Origin: Diadema antillarum
Lineage: Eukaryota
NCBI RefSeq assembly: GCF_040938485.1
Contig: NW_027272178.1
Location: 124,001-188,000 of the forward strand
Length of the DNA: 64,000 nucleotides
Direction of reading: 5' to 3'
Position 1 is the stretch's first letter. The number at the start of each line of letters is the position of its first letter. A program made the position numbers and the translations under genes. Under the pieces are notes generated by a model. That model saw only the letters and a program-made list of their open reading frames with translations. It made no database searches and was not told the origin of the DNA. Shown one piece after another: positions 37,208-49,400 of the stretch.

Positions 37208-40200
37208 CCCTCTCTTTCTCTCTCTCTCTCTGAATATTTGAACATATGAATATATTATATAATACATAGATAGATAGATAGATAGATGGATAGATAGAAA
37301 GATAGATAGATTATAGAGACTCTCATAAATTATGTTAGAAATATATTGTCATTCTGAATTGTTGTCGCTTGTCAATGACAATATATACCAGTGGTTAAAA
37401 GGATTTAATTGACTTTTAGGCTCTCTGTACTCACCTTTGCGATTGCTTTCATCAGTAACGTACCGAGATTTTGTCCTAAAAGACAGAAAAATAAAAGTAT
37501 ATGCTTTGCCGTCTCGTATATACTTGGAGTATAACCCTTTCTGACACAGGAACAAAAGAAAAGAAACTGAAGCAAAGATCTCATGTGCAAAAATTGAGTA
37601 CCATATCCATCTATCAAGTATTAATCTTGTCATTCACATGGGTGTGAACGTAACAAATTAGCAACAGCTGAAATGGAAGTTGCTGAAAGAGGCAAAGGAA
37701 TTCGAATCTCTATCCAACATTTGCAGTGAATACTAATAAGATGAAGATAATCATTGTGATCGAATAAGCCAGTTCGTAATTAGCTCATGTACGCATTGGA
37801 ACAAATGACCTTTCTTTTTCTCAGGTGGTTTGGCGCTTCGCTCGTTTTCAAAGCGGCATAATGCATAAGCTTGTCCCACGTAACAATTTATGGAATTCGT
37901 GTTCAAAGAAAGAATGAACTTGCGTTCTGACCAGGTGACCATGCAGAATTATCCATCCGTTGAAATTTTAGCAGGCATCCATTTTATTGTTTTGTATTGA
38001 ATGCAATAACAGATTGTTTCTTTTCATATTGCGAAATACCATTCTTGCTGTCAGGTTTATGTGCTGGCAAGCACTTATTTAGATAAGGATCACATGAATA
38101 ATCATCACATCGCAGATGCTTATCTCAGTGAATTAACAAACCCAAATGCCTGTTGGTACAAATGACCTTTTTCTGCTCATGCGCAAAGTGGAATTACGAA
38201 ATGGTCTATTAAAGTTACATTTCTTTATCTTACGTCAGATTTCAATGAACGTTTGCCCTTTTCTTTTTTCTATTCAAATTATAAATCAAGTCCAGTTAGA
38301 ACTGTTTTTCTTTTCACTATAAGTTCAAAAAGCACAAAGAAATCGATACGAATTAATATATAATTGGGGAAAAAAGTAAGGAATCTACACTTTGGGAAAT
38401 TATTTGAGAGCTGGAACCAATCTTTGAAATATTACTTGTTTTATGAACTATTCTGTAGCATCTATCTGTATAAAACTATCAAATTCTTACGTGGAAATTA
38501 AGAATTTGCTGGAAGAGATTTACTTTATTGACTTATTCTATGATATGTGGGGAAAAGGGCTTACACCCCCACCCCAACATCCTCCTGCTTTGTCCCCTTC
38601 CACAGACTTGCTACACTAAAGTCTTCTCTGACTAACAATTTTTCACATTTTCCAACAAAAGTGTGCGCCAGATCGTTGAATTTCAGTTTTAAAATGAAAA
38701 AGCTCTCTCGAATATGGGAGGGATATCTTCCCACCCTCCCATTGCTTGGTTCCCTCTATTAATTTAGTACACTTTTTAGAATGGCGATTTCTGAATTTTT
38801 TCCTCAAAAAATATGCTTCAGATCGTTCATTTCATCAATTCTAAAAATACTATCCATTACTACCCCCCCCCCCAGGAAATCCTGGCTACACCTATGTCTA
38901 CAATCCTTGTAACTTTTTTTTTCCTAGACTTTTCTAAGTGTACATTCAGCAATTATATTCCATTTGATTCATGTCAGACAATTTGAACACTATACATGCA
39001 TAATGTAAAATTACACTGTGAATTGTGTACACTACCTCTATGCTTTTCGTCAACGTAAATGCCGCACACAAACCACACGCGGCCCTTCACGATGTCGTAG
39101 AAGTCATGCACTGCAGCGAAGCCAACTACCGATCCATGTCCTCCAGCCTCTTTGGTCGCGCTGAGAGGCAAGTATTCACCAACGTAGAATTTCAGCGAAG
39201 CATCCTCTCCAGTGAAGGCATCTCGTACAAGATCTAGCTCGTAAACAAAAGGAGAGAGAAAGAAAACAAAAATAAGAGGATGTAAGCGTCATACGGACAT
39301 GTCTTTTGTTACAATTTTTTTTTCTAAATTTATTGAAACTATAATGCATAGTTTAGCAGATCCCATTTTGAAACATCCAACACCCTGGCGGAAATCGTTC
39401 GAGGGTTGCAACCAAAAAAAAAAAAAAAGAAAAAAAAAAGAAAAAAGAAAGAAAGAAGAAATTATAACGATTGAAGATGCATTAACCATTAAAGGCATTA
39501 TTTACCATTTGCAGATGGAACAAAATGCCAGCTTTAGTGCTTCAAAAAAGTTCTAAAATGTTACTTAAAGATAGAAACAATCAATGTAAGTATTGTTGAA
39601 TATACAAGATGTGAACAATATTTATTATGAAATCGTTTCTAGAATAAACTGTCTACAGTTATATGGTTTATTGAGAAAAATAATGATATCTCGGTTTTAG
39701 GCTCTGTTTCAAAATATTTAATTATGGTAGGGCGTTTTGTGATACAACTGACCTACTAATAAGCATCAAATGTGATAACTCGAAAATTTTTTAAATCACT
39801 GTTCCCAATGGTAAACAGTAACTTCAATGCAAAGATTGAGTGGCCGCGAAATTCTTGGTCATTATTTTGTGTGTCATTTTCACGAGTCACTCTTTAAGTT
39901 GGCGCCAAGCACGACCGGCGCCACGTTTTTAAAAGTGGGAGGGGCAGTTTTTTTCTAGTGCCACTTCCGGGTTTCGTCAGCTAACACGCTCCCCCCCCCC
40001 CCCCCCCCCGCAAAAAAAAAGAAAGAAAAGAAAGCCCTCAGCGCAACTTTCTGCTGCTTCTTCCGGTAAAATTGGGGGCCCTAAGTGGTTATACCCTTTG
40101 TATTCCTATGTATTATTCAAAATAAAGATGTTTATCTACCTTCTGCCGTGATGGTCAGTGGCGATTCCTTGATATAGTCTGCGAGTGCGGTTATGAGTCG

Positions 40201-40254
40201 GAGTAGATCATCAATGTCTTCCACGCTTCCTCGACGAACTACGTACGGAGCCAT
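36074..40254 (-). CDS. SAT1/SAT2-family (diamine/thialysine N-acetyltransferase-like) GNAT, paralog A, 178 aa. Exons 40254-40140, 39233-39036, 37475-37435, 36256-36074.
   Basis: MAPYVVRRGSVEDIDDLLRLITALADY...LVRDAF...SVVGFAAVHDFYDIVKGRVWFVCGIYVDEKHRG|QNLGTLLMKAIAK|DAVEAGC...WNVGAKRFYSRIG aligns along the length of SSAT. Exons of 115+198+41+183 nt are in frame with AG/GT boundaries. Confidence 0.9.
37754..38210. mobile_element. MITE with imperfect TIRs
   Basis: aataagccagttcgtaatt versus reverse complement of the end, aatagaccatttcgtaatt. A related end lies at about 13095-13130. Confidence 0.45.
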
Positions 40255-41965
40255 GATAAGAACTTATAACCAAACGCACTCTAAATATGTAACTGTAATG
40301 CACAGGTCCAGGCAGAGTGAGTCATGAACTTTTCATCTATCTATTTTTCCTGGGGCTCGATATTGCCATCAATAATGAACGTTTGGATAGACACTTATCA
40401 GGAGAGAGGAGCTCGTAAGGCACCATATGGATGGTGTCAATTTCTCAACTCATAGTGGTCCTTCTCGCTGACGTTTCGACTGAGCAGTAATTGCATAATA
40501 TGTACCATCTAGGAGCATCTGGCCCAATCTAGTCACCTTTGGGTTCGATCACAATTCTTGCGAATTCGATGGAGTATAGATGTTGAATTTGCAGATAAAA
40601 ATATACTTGTACCAAATATATTGAGGTATGCAGACATTAAACGATAGACACATTGTTGGGACGTATAATTTGTGCATAGTGCGATGATAAACGTTCCATC
40701 ACTTCTACTGTTACAGCACGTCAGAATGTTTTTCCCTGCACACAATTCCGCATGACTTTATTTCAGAATGGTGACTGAAACAAACCCATTGTAGCCCACT
40801 TCGACTGTTTACACGAATGAACAATGTTATTTGAATTGCAAATTTTAGTGACATTCCACTTTTCCCCCAAAAGATTGTGAAGTAATAAGTGATCTACTAA
40901 TTCACTCAGCTATACTGATACAAGTCTGGGAATTTACTTTGCTTCATTTCTTTTCTTTTTTTAGATTGATTATGTATGAAAGCATGTATGTACACTGTAA
41001 ATTGTGTTTGTCTGTATCATGTACAGATAAATTCCATAATATTATATACTTATTTACTCAACCGTGAAATCTAATCGTATTCTTTTGTGTTTGTATTAGG
41101 ACTGTACCATGTAATTCAAAATGAGAACAAGACTTGAAACTGAAATGACAACCTCTCTCTACTAAAGATACCAGGTAGGCCTATAGGAATTCACAGGATT
41201 GTAGTTAAGTTCAGATATAATGCATCTCGCGCTTTTATCCGTCAATCACTCATTCGCACACATGGGAGTTTACTTTTGCAATTTTTTTTTTGTCCACTCA
41301 GAAATACATCGATATTCAGGTCCTAATTAGATATAATGAAGGCCCTAAAAGAAAAACTCCAACTTGGAAGTGTGAAAATCGTAGAGACACTTGTCATCTT
41401 TTCACGCCAGTATAGCCTATATGGTGTAGAAATCTTTCCACTAGGATTTTAACCAGTTTGCAAAGACCTATCTAAATCTGTTTTAAGCATAACAAAATGG
41501 GAAATTAAAATTCGATAATAAAAGTTAAACATAGATGTGGAATGTCCATATCTTTATGTACTAAAACGATAGACGGAGCGTGCAATAAACAAACATTATT
41601 GATGATATATCTGAAAGGACTAATATTCTGCTTCAGCTTTCATTTGACATGTTTCACTCGTTTAACTTTGGAACAGTCTAAACCCACTCGCTGCGCTCGT
41701 GGGTTTAAACAGTTCCAAAGTTAAACAAGAGCATCCAATTCTCACCGATCCACTCTGTCCTGTGCATCATTTTGTATACTATCAATAAAGTCTATCAATA
41801 AAGCACGACCATATCAATTGCTCCCTTATTTCAAAACTGCTCTCCTGCTATTAGTGTTCCGTTCGATAAAGTGTACTTGACAAATCTCACTGCATGTTGA
41901 TACTTGCATTTCACAATGTGCATTGCCCACACGCTAGTCATACTAGTCACAAACAGACACACCCA

Positions 41966-42016
<51 letters not shown>

Positions 42017-43465
42017 GCACACACGCACGCACACACGCAAGTAAAGGTCGCATTGATCATTTCGAACTGTTTGTACAAGCGCTTCTGATCGCGCGAGAAC
42101 TATATTTATCACATTATGAAGTTTTATTGCAAAATGAGCTAAGCGCCATTTTAGTAAACATTTTTAAGTAAGTCCATCATTAGATAGAGTAAAATTAAAC
42201 CTCTCCAGTGATGCCTCACTTGTAACATAACAAGGAAAATTCTGGAAGTTATAGAAAAAAGATCCTGTATTTTCTTATAGTATTCTTTGTTTTTATCAGC
42301 TTTAATCATAAATATCTCAACTTAACAAAAATGGAGTTAGCTCGTTTTGTGATTAAAATCTTCATATGTAAAACGAAAGGATCAAAAATCACTGATAGCG
42401 TATATCCAGTCCAATGATGTATTCAACTTCTAATTCGTAGATACTCTTTTGTACACTAGAGTGATCATCATGTCATGAGCAAATCTCGATTTATGATAAC
42501 AAATTTTAGTTTGCATTTGCAATTCGTTACTTGCCAAACCTATTTGCAGTCACCTGAAGCTGTACACCTGTTGTGCTTGTTTGTTCATGGAAAAGTCTTA
42601 CTGCATGCAGGAAACTGAAATTCGTGGTCGGTGATTGACCTGAAAATTAACAAATCTTCTGAATGTTTCGCACTGTAAAAATTTCCTTTAAAGGTGTCAA
42701 CAGCACTGCAAAACAAAGACAAATGCAACAAAGAAAAACAAGTGAAATATCCTAAATACTACGCAAAATGCAGTTACACACCAAAGCATAAATGCATCGA
42801 AGAAATTGTGGTGTCTGACCTTAGAATGATAACCAGACTGACTTTCCTTATACAGTATCTCATAGTTATAGTCTCATTAACAGTATGATAAAATATATCT
42901 GAAGAGCCGTACGTTGTCTTGAACCCGTATAAAATCATATATGTTGTTACGCATTGTCACAAAAATTTTATATTCCCGCAGGTTACCCTTCTTCAAAAAA
43001 TTCTGCTTTGAAGTTTTATACATACCAGCTAACAGGAAATAAGAACTAAAAATCAAGTAGAATTGAAATGTCTTTATGAAATCTGGACAGTGAAATTATC
43101 GAAAAACAATCTCTGACTAAAACGCAAAGTAGTTTCTATAGCAAGTAGTAGATTCTTGAACAAAAGTCAACGTTCCTAGTTTGATCAGGTAAATTACCTT
43201 ACTTCACAATTATTTCGGCTATGCATGTCTTCGGCTTTTCCAGGTTAATGTAGTTATTTGTCACAAAATGTATTAGCATGTGTGAAACCTTTCACAGTGC
43301 CTCAAATTGATGTACGCATGTATACATGTGAATTATTTGGAAGACTCAAAATATTTCCATTACGGCCACTTGCACGTTTTCAGATTGTTACGTCCCACGT
43401 ACGGTTTTACATTTTGAGCTGTTGTCCTTAAATACCCAAACAACCTTCTTCTGATGTTTCCATGG

Positions 43466-46400
43466 TTACTCGGAGGCAAATTTCATCACGGCCTGTTTTT
43501 CCAATCGGAAGTACTCCCACTGTGCAGTCTTGGTGGTGTTTGTCACTCCAGTCTTTGCGAAGAAGTTGATGGCGCGATCGTTTGTAGGTACGGCGTCCCA
43601 GATCAGCGTGACGAAACCAGAATCGAGGCAATCCTGTTGGAAAATGATGAGACATAAAAGGATGCCTATGTTAGGATTGCGATGTGTGAGCGTTTGCCCC
43701 GGAATAAATTTTCAAAGACTTATAAAAGGAGAAAAGCAGGGGAGAAATATCCTTAATCTACAGTGGTATATAGCGTCAAACTTATCTGTATGAATATATC
43801 CGTTAAACTCATTATATCCAAACCAAGTCATGGCTTCTTTGCGGCATGAGCATTTACATAAAAAATAGTTAACTACGAATACCTGTCTATATCCATACAN
43901 NNNNNNNNNNNNNNNNNNNNNNNNNNNNNNNNNNNNNNNNNNNNNNNNNNNNNNNNNNNNNNNNNNNNNNNNNNNNNNNNNNNNNNNNNNNNNNNNNNNN
44001 NNNNNNNNNNNNNNNNNNNNNNNNNNNNNNNNNNNNNNNNNNNNNNNNNNNNNNNTAAATATAAATCTATGATTTCATTTTTCTCTACTTTCTTTACTTC
44101 TTATAACCTTGTCTTTAATTTATTTGCGCTTAGACCACTCCATTGTGTAATTGTCGCTTTATAAATCATATTGACTGTTTTTTATCGTATTATCATAACA
44201 TACAACTATAGAAAGTTTACTCTTTCTATACATTATATACATGCATATATGCGTAAACATATAGTATATGCATATACATATAAAATATACATATTAACAT
44301 ACATATACATGCATGTGTATATGTACGTATAGAACACATTATGTATATAAGATATAGAGAAAAAGAGAGAGGTGGAGAGGAGGGAGAAGAGAGTTTTCCT
44401 TACAAGCAGCACTACAGATATATTCCAAGCTTATTCTTTTAGAAACATTGATAATACTATTGTGATACAGAGTCACTAGAATCATAAAATCGGCCAATTC
44501 GGTCTGTCCAGAGCAAATGAGCTAAAAGAATGGTAAACTAGGTAGACACCTATAGGAATCGTACAAAATTGAACCGGCAAAAGTGCTTATAAATCCTTTT
44601 CTAAACTGCGAGGAAGTTTACTTTTGCGTGATGTGCTTTGTGTTTGAATGTGTGTGTGTGTGTGTGCGTGTGTTCAGAAATGCAACATGGCCCTCTGATA
44701 ACTTCGTATACAATTCCTTGCATATTACACTTTGGGGCAACATACCTTTACGACTGCCTTCATCAAACGACTGCCGAGCTTATTACCTGTAACAAGAAAT
44801 AAGTCAGCCAGAGGTTCAGAAACAAAGCTAAGTCTAAATATAATCATACATTCTATGTAGGTAGGGCTCTACATTAAAATTTTCCCCTCTTAAAGCCCTT
44901 TCGGGTACTAAATTCTTTTAATCTGAAATTCATGTGGCCAGAATACACTGTAAAACATCGGTGTTAGATTTAACACCATGGGTGTTAAATCTAACACCGA
45001 TCAATCTTCAATAGAGGACCACACCCACAGGTGTAGAAAATGAATTGTGACGGTGTTAAAAAGTGTTCACCTGGCACTTCGTGGTATTAATTTGACACTG
45101 TAGCTGGTGATATTTTTGACACTGCGCTAGAGTTAATTCATTAATGACACCGCATGGTGTTGATTTGATATTGGTGGTGTTAATTTCAATGGTATAACAC
45201 CCGTCCAGTTTCAATAGGAGACCACACCAACTGGTGTTACTGTGGTGTAAATTTGTTTACACATTTTTTTCAAAAATCAAGTACTTTATCGGAAAATTCT
45301 TCATCGTCTTGTTGAAGTTCAGAATTAACAAGAGATTCAGTAACTTAGAAACTATCAAAAAACAATTCTATATTTTGAAATGACACCCGGAGGTGTTGAT
45401 CTAACACCATGACTGAGCACCGGAAATTTAACACCAGCTCGGTGTTTCATATTTGTCACATGGGCGGACTTAAATAATACTCAATCACACTCGTGCCATT
45501 CACTTTAATGTACAATTTAATAAACCATTTGTAGAATATTTACAAGACTGAAATCAAGGAGTTGTGACCAACATAAAATGCAAAATCAAAATTCTGAGTG
45601 AGGTAAATTAAATTACAATACTCTTATATTCGACAACCATGTGAACGGGACCCTGTCTTGGTCCGGTTCCACCTGTACTTTTGGCTTGACACTTCTTCAG
45701 AATAATTATAACAGCTTCACTATTAATTCGTTATCCCTGACAATACACTATCTGCTATCAAGCGCAACACTATATGGTTCACACCACCGTAGTGCTGATC
45801 CTGAGATGACCAGCCTGCACGCACGACGGTTTACCGCGGTTATAACACTTGCCTTCAATTACACTGCCTCCGTTTACATCCGGGTTCTGTGTTAACCCGC
45901 AACTATCATGGAGTGTATAAATACCAACATTCGAATTATGTGCACATCATATTCATCCTTTTACCAATTTAACATGACCTTCACCTCTCTACTTCGGCGA
46001 CACTTCCTCGTCATAACCAATCATATCAACAGGGTGTCATGCACCCGCCAGGTTCATCGCTCACCTGCGTTGTCCACAGAGTCACCTTAAGTGTCAAACT
46101 ATTCGCTTCCAGAACATAACTGATTCGTGGGTGGAGCGTCCTTGTATGCGAGGTTGCTGTTCCAGCTCCAAAGTCTCGCGAGGGACCCGCGTTCCGTATT
46201 CATTGGCGTCAAAAGTTCTCCCTAGCGAGGGGCGGGCACAGTCGCTCTGCTGCGAATGCGTCGGCCTGGGAGTAGATTCGACCTCGGCCTCGGCGCCATC
46301 TACAAAATTATTTAAATGCAACATATACCAATGGGGTGTGTTCTAACCACACACACAAAAACATTATCAGCTTACAATCCTGACATCACAGTGAAAATTT

Positions 46401-49400
46401 GAGAACTGCATTATTATCCAATTAACATACAAAATTCACATAATGAAATGTTTCAAACATTGGAAATATAACAGTGCATAGCTTATCAAACATCACCGCA
46501 TCGTTTTCAAAAACTGTACACCATTATAATATACTTTATCACTTATTCACGGGGTTCTCCGGGGCTATATGTGGTGCCCTGAAACACATTCACATCCTTT
46601 TACACGACAAAGCAGAAATCAAATCGCAATTTAACTTACCAATGACCGGTGTAATATAACCAAATGCCTCTTCTTCTTGGCTACTGGAAGGCTGCAAAGG
46701 CTGTTGGAATACGCCTTCTGGCAGCAAACAAAATCTGAACTCAAATCAGCCAGTATACAGGCTGACGGTAAGGTGGACGGACGGCTCCTGGCCGCAACCG
46801 AAATTGGGCTTAGACACAAAATTATCTTGCCAACTGGCGCCTGGGTGTGGCAGGTTGGTTTTCTGCCATCACGGAGCTAACTCAATGTTCTCTCGGTGAA
46901 ATCAAAATGGTGTCTGCCACGAAAAGATCCAACTCTACTGTTAAATTGCTACTCGACTACGACACTCCTTTTCGAGGCATTTGGAATATTTGATACAACT
47001 AAAAGGACTTGAACGAAAACACCTATACCGCACTCTCCCGGAACTGGAGCTATTTCCTGTCTTTTCTTTCTACATTAATTGACATGCAAAAATAAATGAA
47101 CTCCTCTCGGTCATCGATGGCGCGACTTGTAAAACATTCACACCTGTCCTAGCACTTTCTCTCTCTCACTCTCGCTTTCTCTCTCGCTCACTCACTCGCA
47201 CTTTTTGTCTCGTTATCCCTACCCGTAAACATGTTTGTCTAGTTGAATGACCGATAGGTGTTGTACATGAAACAACCTGGAAATGCATTTTCAATGTGAC
47301 ATTTCACTCCCCCTTTCGAAAAATGCATTTCATAATTAAAAGAAATTACTTATAACACTATCTTTCTCCCTACAGCCGGCTTAGTAGGTCTGCGCCAACA
47401 TTCTCGCTGCCGCGGATAGCTTCCACCCGGAATCTGTAGGGTTGCAAAGCCAGAATCCAACGCATTAGCCTCCCATTTGCAGGGCTAGCCTTGTTCATGT
47501 ACACTAGTGGGTGGTGGTCGGTTTCTAGCACAAATTGTCTGCCGTACAAGTATGGTTCGAACTTCTTTACTGCCCAAACTACAGCTAAGCACTCACGTTC
47601 TATGGTTGAGTATGCTTGTTCTCGTCGAAGCAGTTTTCGGCTCGCGTAGGAGACTGGAAATCGTTCGTCTTGGTGTGTTTGGAGGAGGACTGCTCCTAGT
47701 CCAACGTTGGAGGCGTCTGTCCTGAGGATGAAGTCCTGTGACAAATCTGGCAAATGAAGGATAGGGGGGTTAGAAAGTTTTTCCTTCAGTGTTGTGAAGG
47801 CCTGCTCTTGGCTCGTTTCCCATTTTACCTTGTTTGGTTCAGCATTTCTGGTCCTGTCTGTGAGTGGTGCGGCGACGGCGGCGTAGTTCGGGATGAACTT
47901 CCGGTAGTAGTTCGCCATACCTAGGAAGGATCTGAGCTCTCGTTTGGTCTGAGGCTGACTTACCTCTTGGATGGCTTTGAGTTTTTCAGGGCGGGGTCTT
48001 ACCTGTCCGTGTTCGATCACATGTCCTAGGAATTCGACGCTTGTCTGTCCGATGAAGCACTTACTTGGTCTAGCAGTGAGCTTTGCGGCTCGTAGTCGTC
48101 TGAAGAGTTCTGTGAGTGTACGTAGGTGTTCTTCCCACGTGGTCGAATAGATGAGGATGTCGTCGATGTAGTTCACCGTTCCTCCGAGTCGGTCTAGCAG
48201 TCTCCTCATCAGTCGGCTGAAGGAGGCGGGAGCGTTCACTAAGCCGAAGGGCATCATTGTGAACTGAAAGAGACCATCGGGGGTAAGAAAAGCGGTTAGT
48301 GGTTTGGATTCGGCAGCCATGGGTACCTGCCAGTATCCTTTGCTGAGATCTATTTTGGTGAAGAACTTTGCATGGGCGACTTTTGTGAAGAGTTCATCTT
48401 GATCTGGTATGGGTTCAGCATCAAATACAGTCACTTTATTGAGTTTTCTGAAGTCTACACAAAACCGGTTGCTGCCACCGGGCTTTTTAACCAGTACTAT
48501 GGGGGAGGCAATGGGGCTTTCTGATGGCTCAATTACTCCGAGCGATAGCATGGTTTTTACCTCTTCTCTGACTGTGTCTCTAAGAGAGTGGGGAATGGGA
48601 TATGGTTTACTCTTCAGGTGTTCATTTCCTTTGAGTTTGATGTGGTGTTCGCCTAACGTGGTTCGACCGGGAAGATCAGACAGGACGTCTTTGTACTCGT
48701 TGAGGAGTTCGTTGACCTGTTCTTTCTGTGGGGAGGAAAGGGCTGAGTTAATTGAGACATCGTCGAGTGACTCTTTCGCCTGAAATGGGAAAGGCTGTAG
48801 GAGAGATGTGTTAGTTAGTGGTTGCTGCGTTTCTTCCTCGTCATCATTTTGCTCTTCGCATTCGATCACGGCGGTACAAGCAGCTTCGGCATCTGAAATA
48901 GAGGGAACATCATTTCTAGCGTGATACTTTTTCAGAAGATTGATGTGGAACACCTTTGGTTTCCCGTTGAGGTCGATCCTGTAGTCCATGGAGCTGATTT
49001 TGGAGATCACGTCAAAGGGGCCCTTCCATTGTAGAAGGAGCTTATTCCTGTCAGTTGGTAGGAGTAGGAGTACCTTGTCTCCGACTTGTAGCTCCCTGTG
49101 TTTTGCCTTCTGATTGTAGTATTTTGCATACCTGTTTGCTGATTTCTGAAGTTGAGTGTGGGCGTTGCGGCATGTCTCGTCGATCCTGTTTCGGAGATCA
49201 AGTACATAGTGGTAAGTAGACTTGGTCTCACCTGTTTCGGCTTCTCCTGTCCAGAGTTCTCTCAGGATGTCGAGGGGTCCGCGTACCTTCCGGCCGTAAA
49301 GAAGCTCGAACGGGGAGAACCCCATGCTCTCTTGTGGTGCTTCTCTCACTGCAAATAGAAGGGGAGTAATGTACCTGTCCCAGTCTTTTGGGTTTTCAGC

